Positions 27,919-40,574 of a stretch of DNA of 64,000 bases are shown here, one piece after another (the first letter of the stretch is position 1; every line of letters starts with the position of its first letter). The notes beneath the pieces were generated by a model that was not told the DNA's origin, ran no database searches, and saw only the letters and a program-made list of their open reading frames with translations. The DNA is from Haliotis rubra (Eukaryota). The position numbers and the translations under genes are program-made. The DNA lies in contig NW_025767630.1 in NCBI RefSeq assembly GCF_003918875.1, forward strand, positions 310,001 through 374,000, given 5' to 3'.

Positions 27919-28455
27919 TAGTTGAGTTGCTTTTTGCGTCACATCGGCATTATTCCAGCCTTATAGTGACGAGAACAAGTTTGCATTAATAAACATTGTA
28001 AGTACATACTCGGAATGAGTTTTATTTCAAAAACATATATTCATTACATTGTCATTTAAAAGCAGAAAAAGTCATAGCACCAAATTTAAAGGCAGACAAT
28101 TTGTTAGTCACATTTCACAGTTACAATTTATGATACAATTCAACTTCCCTCAGGTAGTTCACTATCAGATGAGCGCTCACGCGGGAGAACAGATCTTTCA
28201 GGTTTCTTGCATCATAATGTGAGTCCCTTGCAGACGATAAGTCCACGCATTCGAGCAGAATATGCTTGATGGTGAAAACCTCATCGCAAGAGACACACAT
28301 GGGGGGTCCATCCCCATCCTGTGGCCAATACGACATCGTCGTAAAATTACCTCATCACGTCTTTACTGACAACCCAAGTAGGTATAACCAATTGTTGGTT
28401 TCAATTCATACAGTCTATTTCTTCCTACTGGAGTGTCCCATCGTTTTTGCATGAG
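27919..28455 (-). mobile_element. 3' end of an I/Nimb-group LINE (C-terminal CCHC knuckle, 3' UTR and tail)
   Basis: MQKRWD...EVILRRCRIGH / PPMCVSCDEVFTIKHILLECVD...IVNYLREVELYHKL*; tail GCTGGAATAATGCCGATGTGACGCAAAAAGCAACTCAAC. Confidence 0.8.
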
Positions 28456-29577
28456 GTCGTCGAGTATAGCTTTTGTTCTACATTTTTTAACGGAATATGA
28501 TACATATAATTGTTCGTGTTTATATATTTGTTTATTGATCTCTGGGCTATTCGACCTCTATAGCTACGTTAGTTAGTTGCTGATTACGAAAGAAAACTCT
28601 TATTTTTAGAAGCGTCTTTTGTTAATAAATATTTAAACAATTCACTGACCCAAACTGCTTTTCTCAAGATATGTAGAATAAGACGATGCAAGCATAAAAT
28701 AACATCTTGGGTCACCGGCGTGCTCAAAGTTAGATTCTTTCTTGAAATTAAAAGAATGTATATTCTTGCATTGTTTTACAAAGTCATGTAGAGTCTCGAT
28801 TTTTGTTTTTACGCTAGATCGATCTCTAATAAATATGTGCAATGGACAAATCCACTAAAGATGGCGAAATTATTTAATTCAAGAAGAACTAATACATTGC
28901 GCAACCTCGCAAAATATATTGATATTATATCAAAACGATTAAAATGTAATTCTGTTTAAAATGTTACCCCCAATTTTTTATGTAATATCTATATTTCTTC
29001 ATATATTTTCCAGGTGATTGTGTGCTGACTTTATGAATCAATGTAAATTCCCCTATCTCGGTATTTCAGCATATTTATTGATGTAAGTTTGATATTGTCT
29101 CATGTACCACCGCTGGTGGTTTCGAGAATAAACTATGTTTATGTCTGTGTTTGAACTGTGTCTGTGGCTGAACTCTGTTTGAACCAGCCAAAATTCCTGC
29201 TGGTGCAAGTATAAGAAAAGACTAACAACTAGTCTCTGAAATGAACATATTTTACTGAAAAAAAGTTCATCAGAAGCTGAGGAAGTAAAAAAAAATATAA
29301 TGAAAAGGAAGTCAAACCCTGAGACTTTCTTCATTTTCAGAAGCTGAGGAAATCTAGACTTGCCACATTTTTCTAGGCTTTCTTGGATATATTTGCTTCA
29401 GGGTCTTTGCTTCAGACTAGTATAAGAAGGAATAAGTTAGATGTGAACTATTTGAGTATGTCGGATACTTTACATAATATATGTTCAAAGTTTTCTCTTC
29501 TCTGTAAATTTGACATTTACATGGGGTCCAAAAGGTCCCTTGCTCTACCCCGTCCTTTGCACAGCATCATATTATAA

Positions 29578-29711
29578 AGAATACAAGACACTTGATATGG
29601 ATGTGCAACTTCTTTATTATTTACACAGGACGTTTCTGGTCTAATACTTGCCCCATTCACCTGTGTAAATAATAAAGAAGCTGCACATCCATATCAAGTG
29701 TCTTGTATTCT
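29578..29711. repeat. Inverted repeat with 52-bp arms and 30-nt spacer (possible Penelope-like terminal remnant)
   Basis: AGAATACAAGACACTTGATATGGATGTGCA...ACACAGG (29578-29629) is reverse-complemented at 29660-29711 with 1 mismatch. Confidence 0.8.
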
Positions 29712-31281
29712 CTACCAACTTCTAAATGCCTACCAAACCACCTGATCATATATAGAGATCAAAGTACACATTATAGTTCAAACAGGTTACACACACTAGT
29801 GGTGTTGGATTAATTGAAATAATCGAAGATTGATCGCAGTGACCAAACGACCAAGCAATCGATCACATTTTCTCATAATCGAACATAAACGATTTTGGAA
29901 CTACTGTTTTAGTCTTTGAAATACTTGACAATGGAACATATCTTAGACGTTGTCAGGGCATGAAAACGTGTTTACTAACTGAAAAGCCATGACTGAATAT
30001 TTCTTGAAGACTCCAGGAAGTTTATGTTCATGATATATTAGTCATCACTTTAAAGTAGCAAGTTGCATCATGTTATAAATATCTGCAATAACAACCTGGA
30101 TAGGAAAATCTGAAAAATACGCTAACAATTTTTTTCGATGATTGCTCGTTGGTAATGAAACAATCATCAATTGTGAGATTTCAACCAATTCCCAACACTT
30201 ACACACACTAATGTCATCTAACATGTTGGAAGCATTGTTATCTTGAGTCATCTTTGTTATGGCTGAAGATGACTCACTTAAAAAACCCAATATCCCCTCT
30301 TGACATAACCTAGACTGTGTGGTGAAGAAATATATACATGTTTGATACTTCTATGCTTGAACAACAGCGTCGTTCAGCCGTTACTACAGAATTAGAACGA
30401 GCGAATTTTAGAGTTCAGTAACCAGTGTTTGGGGCCTGTGGAACGATATTAAATACGTCACACGTGGTAAGCAGTAGGTGGTAAAACAGTGGGTCTGGTT
30501 CAAAAGGTGGGGTGTCGCTATTTAGCGATTCCGGCTTTTACTCTTACCGCGGCTAGAGAAATTCGTTTGTTTTATTATCTATTTGAGTAAATTAATTTCC
30601 ACCAAAATTACCACGCGCGTGTAGGTACGCTTTAAACATGACTCCCTCTCAGGTAAATGAAGAATTAGATGTGATCGTTAACAATAACAAGTTCTACTTT
30701 TGCCTTCCGCCCCATTAACGTGTTGTCCCAGGTGAGACAGATCCCCCAATCACGGCCCCTCCACATCTGTCCCCACAGCTGACTGTCAATCACAGCTCGT
30801 CACAGTGAAGTGAGCGCGTGGACTCCCTACGTCGACAGTCAGGCCAAACAATGCACGAAGGCAGCAGGAGTTATGTCCCTTTAGTCACACATCTGTCCAC
30901 TGAAAGCGAGTGGAGGTTTGTTATCGATAGGTCGTCTCCTGTGAGAGTGTCATTGCCCGGGGCACGGCTATCGGAGACTTGACTGATCAGTGAAGGTGAT
31001 AGCCAGCAGTGATTAAACCACAACTATGTCTGGTAAAATCAGGCAACCGGCTGGAAACGTAATGTTTGGGTTTGATGATCTGTGGACGCAGGCTTGTGTC
31101 GGCTGCACGGACTCATCAACACTGCACGTGGTTTACAATACAAAACCCCAAACATTTCGTGCTCTGACCGTTTTAGAAAGATTTTTTTACAACTCATGGG
31201 AACAACGTACATCTTTACACAATAAATTATGCTGGCAATAAGTTACATTAATATTTGCTGTAGGATGATCCATTGAAATTA

Positions 31282-31602
31282 GGGACCGTTCATAATTTAT
31301 GTCTAGGGGTGGGGGGGGGTGGTTTGATGATTTTGGGGTGTCACCCATTTTGTTCTGTGGAGCTAGTGGGGGTCAGCAATTTTGTACACACGTACTAGGG
31401 GGTCAGCAATTTTGTACATAAAAATGTGTTTAAAATTATGGTTAGAAATTATGGGGAAGGGGATTTGATTTGATTTTGTACATGACATGCAGGGGTCACT
31501 TATTTTGTACATACATTTAGGGGGGGGGGTGTCATTCCATTGTACATGCTTCTCCACAAAAATCATCATCACCCCCCCTAGCCATAAATTATTAACAGTC
31601 CC
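31282..31602. mobile_element. MITE, PIF/Harbinger-like
   Basis: TIR GGGAC(c/t)GTT(c/a)ATAATTTATG(t/g)CTAGGGG at both ends, flanked by TTA (31279-81 and 31603-05); internal GGGGGTCAGCAATTTTGTACA repeats. Confidence 0.8.
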
Positions 31603-32559
31603 TTAGAATATTTTTCCCACGGTAGTTTGAGAGGGTTTTCCTTATTTTGAATCAAAGCGATTACAAGATGAAGTGTTTAAGTTCATTGCACTACAAAACG
31701 CATAAAAGGAATTGTTTCCATCAAATTGTATATGTATATATATTCAGACACTAAGCTTTAGACTATTAGATACCATGCCATTGTTAAACATTTATAAACA
31801 CCCCCCCGGACCGGTGTGACAGGATGAAAGGAGGATAAGAGATCTAGAGATACCTGATCCTTGAACTGATACATTCTTGAGTGAAATTATTCTGGGATGA
31901 AAGCACTCCCCTCTCAGGATCAAAACACTCCTATAGGGATAAAATCCCGTACACCCCTCACCCCCAACCCCCACACACCTTAGGATCAAATCAGTCCCCT
32001 GGAACAAATGCAAAATATATCAAAAGAAAAGGAATATGTTTTTGAAATAGTATAACTCAGCTCCAAAGTGGTATATAATGCCACAGAAAATATCTGCTGG
32101 GGGTTACTATTGATTTGTGTGTGAGTGATATGGATGTGAGTGATGTTCACATATTGACGAATGATATTTTGTCTCATATTAAATGCGTTGTATTTAATTT
32201 TATAAGTTTATATCTCCAGAGACACCGCGGATAATTGGCATAGTGCCCAATAGGAAATATATATTCAAGTCCAATTTTAGGTGCCCTGAAGGAAGAATGG
32301 GGTGGAATAAAGTTGACATTGCACCCTTGATATGGAGCATGCCATCGACGAATCCGGGATTGTCTTGAGTATAAGGCCGATTCACGCGATATTTATGAGT
32401 TTGACTTTTCAGGGTAAATAACGTGATGAACAGGGACAAATTACTACAAAGTAAATACAATGGCAATACACTTTATAGTGCCAGTGGAAAACCTTATGGC
32501 AGTACTAAATGCTAAAACTGTGGTAAACGCAAGTCATTGTTAATAATATTCTCCTGGAA

Positions 32560-33740
32560 GCAACAGTGACCTAAGGTATGCAGTCCTGGACAATGACGAT
32601 CATCTCAGACAGCATCAGTGAACTAAGCTATGCAGTCCCGGGCAATAACGATCATCTCAGACAGCAACAGTGATCTGAGGTATGCAGCATTGGGCAATAA
32701 CCATCATCTCAGACAGCAACAGCGATCTAAGGTATGCAACATTGGGCAATAACCATCATCTCAGACAGCAACAGGGATCTAAGTTATGCAGTCCTGGACA
32801 ATAACGATCATCTCAGACAGCAACAGTGACTTAAGCTATGCAGTCCTGGGCAATAACGATCATCTCAGACAGCAACAGTGATCTAAACTATGCAGTCCTG
32901 GGCAATAACAATCATCTCAGACAGCAGTACTAAATGCTCAAACTGTGGTAAACGCAAGTCATTGATAATAATATTCTCCTGGAAGCAATAGTGACCTTAG
33001 GTATGCAGTCCTGGGCAATGACGATCATCTCAGACAGCAACAGTGATCTAAGCTATGCAGCATTGGGTAATAACCATCATCTCAGACAGCAGCAGTGATC
33101 TAAGGTATGCAGCATTGGGCAATAACCATCATCTCAGACAGCAACAGCGATCTAAGGTATGCAGTCCTGGACAATAACGATCATCTCAGACAGCAACAGT
33201 GACCTAAGCTATGCAGTCCTGGGCAATAACGATCATCTCAGACAGCAACAGTGATCTAAGCTATGCAGTCCTGGGCAATAACGATCATCTCAGACAGCAA
33301 CAGTGATCTAAACTATGCAGTCCTGGGCAATAACGATCATCTCAGACAGCAACAGTGATCTAAACTATGCAGCATTGGGCTGATCATCTCCTGGGGGAGT
33401 GATCTAAACTATGCAGCATGGGCAATAACGATCATCTCAGACAGCAACAGTGATCTAAACTATGCAGCCCTGGGCAATAACGATCATCTCAGACAGCAAC
33501 AGTGATCTAAAATGCAGCTATGCAATAACGATCATCTCAGACAGCAACAGTGATCCCAGCCTGGGCAATAACGATCATCTCAGACAGCAACAGTGATCTA
33601 AACTATGCAACCCGGGGCAATAACGATCATCTCAGACAGCAACAGTGATCTAAACTATGCAACCCGGGGCAATAACGATCATCTTAGACAGCAACAGTGA
33701 TCTAAACTATGCAGCATTGGGCAATTACCATCATCTCCTG
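32560..33740. repeat. 52-bp minisatellite
   Basis: GGGCAATAACGATCATCTCAGACAGCAACAGTGATCTAAGCTATGCAGTCCT, period 52 (e.g. 33221 to 33273). Confidence 0.95.
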
Positions 33741-35004
33741 ATGCGATGAAATGTAAGAATACAGAGGCACGCGTCTGCCCCATAGATACCACTGCCCTCG
33801 GAATGTAAACACAAACAGTAACACAATCGAAACACGGCTTTACATTATAACACAATAATAACATTGAAAACTGAAAGTAGAGGAGATATCGACAAAACGC
33901 ATTACGATACGTCATGCAGGTAGTATTAGGGTAGTGCTTCTGTCTGGCGTGTGCTTTCATCCTGCAAAGGGAGTGTTATAATCCTGAGTGGAGTGTTAAG
34001 TCCTGAGGAGAGTGATTTGGTCCGAGGGTAAACCAATCACTTGTATGATGTGGTCACAGTGAGTGACCGGATCCTGCTACATCGACAAGAGTTTTTTCTC
34101 TCTTCAGGCTGATCGACAGACAGGGTAATAACAAGTACCACATTTTAACGTATTTTGTAAGCTGACTCAGGGGATCAAACTACCAACTCTCGCTCTCCTG
34201 CCTGCCTGCCTGACTGAGTGAGTGTGGTTTTACGCCGCTTTTAGCAATATTCCAGCAACATCACGGCGGGGGACACCAGAAATGGGCTTCACACATTGTG
34301 CCCATGTTGGGATTCGAACCCGGGTCTTCGGCGTGACGAGCCAACGCTTTAACCATTAGGCTACCCCACCACCCCCTGCCTGGCGCTCCTTCCACAAGAT
34401 CAGTGGAATAGTTTCTGTGTGTTTCAGATGAAACAAATTACCATTTACGTTTATTGTTGTGGAAGAACAATGACAGGAGAATAACTCATGTTAGGTAGAG
34501 ACCCAAAGAGGGTTAGATTTGTCATTAGGATAGCTTATATATAATTATTTAGAAGGGGACACCAAAAGAGCGGAATCCTCGCAACAGGAAACACTCGTAA
34601 AATCTGAAACATCCTCATTATCTGTTGATCGACTTGAAATGTAATGTCAGAATCTGCCGATCAGATGGCGTGTGTTTGAGAGAGCGACACGGACTCGTTT
34701 CAGAAGTACAAGTGAGTCACCCGGTTGAGAGTAACGAACTATTACTGTTTAAAGATTTTGTAGAAACCTCCTGAATATGTAAAGTTTTCAATATACTGAT
34801 AATATCTTTGCTATTTGCGTATTTTAAACCTCTAACATGTAACTGTTTTATAAAATGTTACGAAGTTGAAGATACATGTTTAGAATAAGCAAGTAAAGTG
34901 AAAGAGTTGCTACAGCACAAAACATTTAAATATTGCCTGAGGTTCAAATGAATTGCATTTACTCTGTATGTTTGATTTAGTTGGAGAGTTGGGTATGATC
35001 TGTT

Positions 35005-36730
35005 ATGGACCCTGGTATGAACCCTGGCATGAACTCTTGTATGAACTCTTGTATGGACCTTAGTGTGAACTCATATATTAATTCTGGTATGGACCCTAGC
35101 ATGGACTCTGGTATAATCTCTGGTATGGACCCTAGCATGGACTCTGGTATAATCTCTGGTATGGACCCTAGCATGGACTCTGGTATAATCTCTGGTATGG
35201 ACCCTAGCATGGACTCTGGTATAATCTCTGGTATGGACCCTAGCATGGACCCTGGTATAACTCTGGTATGGACCCTAGCATGGACTCTGGTATGGAATCT
35301 CTGGTATGGAGAGTTGACCCTAGCATGGACTCTAGAACTCTTGTATGAACTCTTAATCTCTGGTATGGACCCTAGTATGGACCCTGGTATGACTCTGGTA
35401 TGGACCCTAGCATGGACTCTGGTATAATCTCTGGTATGGACCCTAGCATGGACTCTGGTATAATCTCTGGTATGGATCCTAGCATGGACTCTGGTATAAT
35501 CTCTCTGGTATGGACCCTAGCATGGACTCTGGTATAATCTCTGGTATGGACCCTAGCATGGACTCTGGTATAATCTCTGGTATGGACCCTAGCATGGACT
35601 CTGGTATGGACTCTGGTATGGACCCTAGCATGGACTCTGGTATAATCTCTGGTATGGACCCTAGCATGGACTCTGGTATAATCTCTGGTATGGACCCTAG
35701 CATGGACTCTGGTATAATCTCTGGTATGGACCCTAGTATGGACCTTAGTGTGAACTGGACTCTGGTATGGACCCTAGCATGGACTCTGGTATGGATCCCC
35801 TGGTATGGATATGAACTCATATATTAATTCTGGTATGGACTCATGGTATAATCTCTGGTATGGACCCTAGCATGGACTCTAGTATGAACTCATATATTAA
35901 TTCTGGTATGGACCCTAGCATGGACTCTGGTATAATCTCTGGTATGGACCCTAGCATGGACTCTGGTATAATCTCTGGTATGGACCCTAGCATGGACTCT
36001 GGTATAATCTCTGGTATGGACCCTAGCATGGACTCTGGTATAATCTCTGGTATGGACCCTAGCATGGACTCTGGTATATAATCTCTGGTATGGACCCTAG
36101 CATGGACTCTGGTATAATCTCTGGTATGGACCCTAGCATGGACTCTGGTATAATCTCTGGTATGGACCCTAGCATGGACTCTGGTATAATCTCTGGTATG
36201 GACCCTAGCATGGACTCTGGTATAATCTCTGGTATGGACCCTAGCATGGACTCTGGTATAATCTCTGGTATGGACCCCTAGCATGGACTCTGGTATAATC
36301 TCTGGTATGGACCCTAGCATGGACTCTGGTATAATCTCTGGTATGGACCCTCATGGACTCTGGTATAATCTCTGGTATGGACCCTAGCATGGACTCCTCT
36401 GGTATGGACCCTAGCATGGACTCTGGTATAATCTCTGGTATGGACCCTAGCATGGACTCTGGTATAATCTCTGGTATGGATCCTAGCATGGACTCTGGAG
36501 TATAATAATCTCTGGTATGGATCCTGGCATGAACTCTTGTATAACTCTGGTATGGACCCTAGTATGGACTCATATATAATCTCTGGTATGGACCCTAGCA
36601 TGGACTCTGGTATAATCTCTGGTATGGACCCTAGCATGGACTCTGGTATAATCTCTGGTATGGACCCTAGCATGGACTCTGGTATAATCTCTAGCATGGA
36701 CTCTGGTACGAACACTGATATGGACCCTCG
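35005..36730. repeat. 36-bp minisatellite built from three 12-bp subunits
   Basis: ATGGACCCTAGC-ATGGACTCTGGT-ATAATCTCTGGT tandem array with scattered indels. Confidence 0.96.
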
Positions 36731-37829
36731 TGTGATTGGAATCACTTCATCGATCATTATCACCCAACTACTGCATGATGTGGATTCCTTCTATAGGATT
36801 GTATATATAACTATGACAGCAGTCATATGTCATTATTGTCAATATGTAGAGTGAGGATGGGTTTATTTTGCTTTGAACAACATTCTAGTATTTCAGCATA
36901 CTGTTAGCGTGTCAGTTAAATATACCAGTAAAGTCCGAATGTCGATCTTGGGCTTTTACTACTTTGGTGAAACCCACGAATGCTGGTATGGTGATGACCA
37001 TTCTAGGAACATAATAAGGTGAACTAAGCTTCAAGCCGAGGCTCCTAGCTCACCCAAGGGCGCTACTCTACACAGCGAACTGCGGCACTTAGACGACTCT
37101 TCCACCCGTTGTTCCTGCCGGTAAGTAGTGGATAAAATATCCACCAATCTCTGCAGTAGAAATTTAAAGCAACGCTTTCCATGGAAACCAATACTCACTT
37201 TTAGTTGTATACATTCATGAAAGACTTGCCGAAATTCTGTATTGTAAAATTTCATTCGTTTGGATCCCAATAGTCGGGAATCACTTTTCCTAAAGAGGTA
37301 ACTGTAAGGAAGGTAACCTGATTTACAAAAGTGGGTATATGCAAATAACTTGAGTGTGTGAGTTTAGTTTTACGCCGCACCCAGCAATATTCCAGCTATA
37401 TGGCGGCGGTCTGTAAATAATCGAATCTGGACCAGACAATCCAATGATCAAAAGCATGAGCATCGATCTACGCAATTGGGATACGATGACATGTGTCAAC
37501 CAAGTCAGCGAGCCTGACCACCCGATCCCACTAGTCGCCTCTTACGACAAGCATAGGTTGCTGAAGATCAATTCTAACCCGTATCTTCACGGGTTGCAGA
37601 TAACTTGAAAGATATGACCGATAAAAAGTTCATTTCACTATTTTATTGATATACATTGTCAGACAGTAATGACAAAAAATTACACACAGTCTCATAGAGT
37701 ATGCACAGGAGACAGGTAGCACCATAAACAAGCGATACTAGCAGAACCGCTGCTTTGTTAGAAGTATGTACACTGCATACTGATTGTCACTGAAATATTG
37801 TCCTCGGGTCTCCTCTTGGTTGTCAGAAA

Positions 37830-38501
37830 TTAGTGTTTGGATTTCCTCAATTTCGCTCGAGCATTTTGAAACCAGACTTTTGTCACCTTCTTCGACAGTC
37901 CTGCGTCCATGGCAACCTGATCAAGGTGAAGGCTATTTGGGTTGGGGTCGATCTCGAAGTGGCGTTGTAGAGTGGCGACCTGGTCCTCAGTGAAGGCTGT
38001 TCGGAATCTCTTGGACATTGGTCGGCAGGTGACGTTCTCGTCGTCGGGGTTGAGGACGTGGACTCGACAAAGAATGCGGCCGTCGTGGATGGCAAAGTCT
38101 TCTCCTGTGGACAATTGTCTTTGGCACGTGCTGCACGAGAAACAGGCAAGGTGGTACATGTTCTCACCGGCCGATCTCACCCAGTCTCCAGACTCGATGG
38201 GTCGTAAACAGGAACTACACTTTGTCTGGTAAACTTTGGCGAAGACTCTCTGACAGAATATGTTTTCGTCCCTGACGAAGCATGTTGAATGTCCACCAAG
38301 TGTCACCTGACACACACAGCAACTCAGACAGTTCTCGTGCCACACGTGATTCCCAGCACGTAGATAGTATTGGTCGGTGATGACGTCACAGCACGTGAAA
38401 CAGATCGGCATGTCAGGGTCCGGGCTGAGACTAGTGAGATATGATTGTATCTCATCCTCGAGATCCGACGCTGAAGAGGACATATACGACGAGTGAGACA
38501 T
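37830..38501 (-). CDS. Intronless LIM-homeobox gene, copy 1 (Arrowhead/Lhx6/8-like; most divergent copy), 223 aa
   Basis: Single ORF with two LIM domains (CFTC...WHENCLSCCVC...CQRV; CSSC...YHLACFSCSTC...CRVH) and a homeodomain (KRFRTAF...WFQNARAK). TATATAA on minus strand at 38583-38589; AATAAA on minus strand at 37642-37647. Confidence 0.93.
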   Translation of the reverse strand: MSHSSYMSSSASDLEDEIQSYLTSLSPDPDMPICFTCCDVITDQYYLRAGNHVWHENCLSCCVCQVTLGGHSTCFVRDENIFCQRVFAKVYQTKCSSCLRPIESGDWVRSAGENMYHLACFSCSTCQRQLSTGEDFAIHDGRILCRVHVLNPDDENVTCRPMSKRFRTAFTEDQVATLQRHFEIDPNPNSLHLDQVAMDAGLSKKVTKVWFQNARAKLRKSKH

Positions 38502-38589
38502 GATGGAGCAAGTGCCGTTACAGATGTAGATGCAGCTCAGTCGAAGAAGGGAATGCGGATGATTGACGGTGCGTCCATGACGTTATATA

Positions 38590-39030
38590 CTTCTACGGAC
38601 ATCACGCTGAGTGAACGACTTCGGGAGTGACGGCACTGTCAGCGTCGGTATGATTGGCACCATCGATATTCAATCATTGGCTGATTGAGGCATGAGATAT
38701 ATTTACACCTTGTGCATATTGTTTCAGCTATGAGTGAACGACGCATTTGTTAGTCAGGTTGACACGCACCATCACGTATAATCTCGCGTTGCTTTGATTG
38801 ACACGCTTAACATTCAATCATTGACTGATAGGGGCATGGGATGTAGTTACGCGTCGTGTTGCTGTTACAAGTATGAGTGAACCACTTCGGGCGTGACGCC
38901 CTTGTTAGCCAGCTTGACATGCACCGTCACGCAAATCTCCGGGCGCTCTGATTGACTCCGTCAACAGTCAATCATTGACTGATAGGAACATGAGTTGTAT
39001 TTACGCGTCGTGTATACAGTTACTGTCCAA
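38590..39030. repeat. Three degenerate 123-143-bp tandem repeats directly upstream of LIM-HD copy 1
   Basis: GAGTGAAC recurs at 38609, 38732 and 38875, each followed by TGATTG(A/G)C...TCAATCATTG(A/G)CTGAT...CATG; homologues at ~43505-43760 and ~47927-48180. Confidence 0.8.
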
Positions 39031-39619
39031 TTGATTGACCAATCAATACAGCACCCCGAGCCCTACATCTACTGTTAATTCACCGAAACAACCACACACA
39101 CGTTTTTAAACTCCCACTCTTAATATTGCATACAATGAATAACATCTTTGCTATACATCTAAGACCAATCGGTTAACGATTTAAGAGAAAAAATTACATT
39201 TTGAAATGCATGGTACATATGTACATGCGTTTCCATGAATGATTGCGCATGTTTTCTAACATACCTAAACATCTTCCGACAACATTAAGAGTGAGTGAGT
39301 GAGTTTAGTTTTACGCCGCTTTTAGCAATATTCCAGCGTAAAACGGCGGGAGACACAAGGAATGGTCTTCACACATTGTACCCAGACAACATTAAGACCA
39401 AACCCGGGGTTGATAACATTTATTCAACATTATTCAACAAGTGAAAACTCGACGATTTGAAACAATGAATAACACAATTCACCAGACTTTCTCCGAGTCC
39501 ATTTATAATGGACATTACAGCAACGTATGTACTTCATTGTTTGAAACATCTTCACATTTAATCGGAACCAAAGATTAGCCGGTACATTCTCCTATTTGCC
39601 AAAGGGTCTCACCATGAAG

Positions 39620-39781
39620 GGGCGGTGGGGTAGCCTAGTGGTTAAAGCGTTGGCTCGTCACGCCGAAGACCCGGTTCGAATCCCCACATGGGTACAATGT
39701 GTGAAGACCATTTCTGGTGTCCCCGCATGATGTTGCTGGAATATTGCTAATAGTGGCGTAAAACCAAAACTCAGTCAGACA
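39620..39781 (+). mobile_element. SINE family A copy in the copy 1/copy 2 intergenic region
   Basis: 14-bp TSD GTCTCACCATGAAG at 39606-39619 and 39782-39795; the paralogous site near 44197 is empty. Confidence 0.9.
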
Positions 39782-40527
39782 GTCTCACCATGAAGACGCG
39801 TTACTCTGGATATGCACATGAGTGTTACTAAACAACATAATATCTGAGATTTGTTTCTCACCATCAATATTTCAGAGTGAACCACGGGGTGTTTGACCTG
39901 TGATCACCTCATGGCGCTTTTAAATATCATCATGGAAGTCGTGAACAACAATAAAAATAAGATTAGCTATGAATTTGGAAATATCACCACAGACCGAGAC
40001 ACATAAAGCTCAATAATTCTGTATAGAGATATATGAACGTTAAATATTTAATTACACCGTATTTCAACAATTGTTTTATCCCATTTCATCCAACAATTTG
40101 CTTTTTTTACTGCTTGGATGAGATGTATAACGCGAATTTGTCGCGCGATTAACCCGTGTGTGCATTAATACAATTGTTCTGTATTGACAAAGCGTAGGCC
40201 ACACAAAGAAATCTATTGTTTCCTTCTTATGATAGTTTTATCACAATATAAATGCTTGACTCGTAAGTTTGCAAATGGCAAATATTTTGCATCCATTATA
40301 TGAAATATGAACTGTTGTTAGTTTTTCTTTTGATTTATGAGATTTGTTTTAATAACATAACGTATTTGTGAACTGTGTGTTATGTCAAGCATCATCAACC
40401 TGCATGATGAGCGAGCTCATCGATGACAAGGAAACAGTGCAATGTTCAGTATCAATGATTACTGAGTGGACTCGTCGCGGCTGATCACTCTGATGTCATT
40501 GCTTGTCCAAACACTGATCTCGCGTCA

Positions 40528-40574
40528 TCATGGCACTCCAGTTCACTCTAAGATGCCAAGCCAACATTTAAATA
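40528..40574 (+). promoter_or_regulatory. Conserved proximal promoter of the LIM-HD genes (TCATGRCA-N5-GTTCACTC plus TATA-like box)
   Basis: GTTCACTC at 40541, 44963, 49382, 60413 (+) and 38609, 53741, 59170 (-), each 17-19 bp upstream of a TATA-like box and about 105-120 bp upstream of the ATG. Confidence 0.75.

Noticed and set aside
32560-33740. Regular repeats that could be read as a CRISPR array
   Set aside because: There are no unique spacers and no cas genes, and the context is eukaryotic.
34977-36854. ORFs encoding (MDPSMDSGIISG)n or (MLGSIPEIIPES)n, resembling repetitive biomineral proteins
   Set aside because: They are a by-product of a 36-bp minisatellite: open on both strands, broken by frequent frameshifting indels, with no signal peptide or unique flanking coding sequence.
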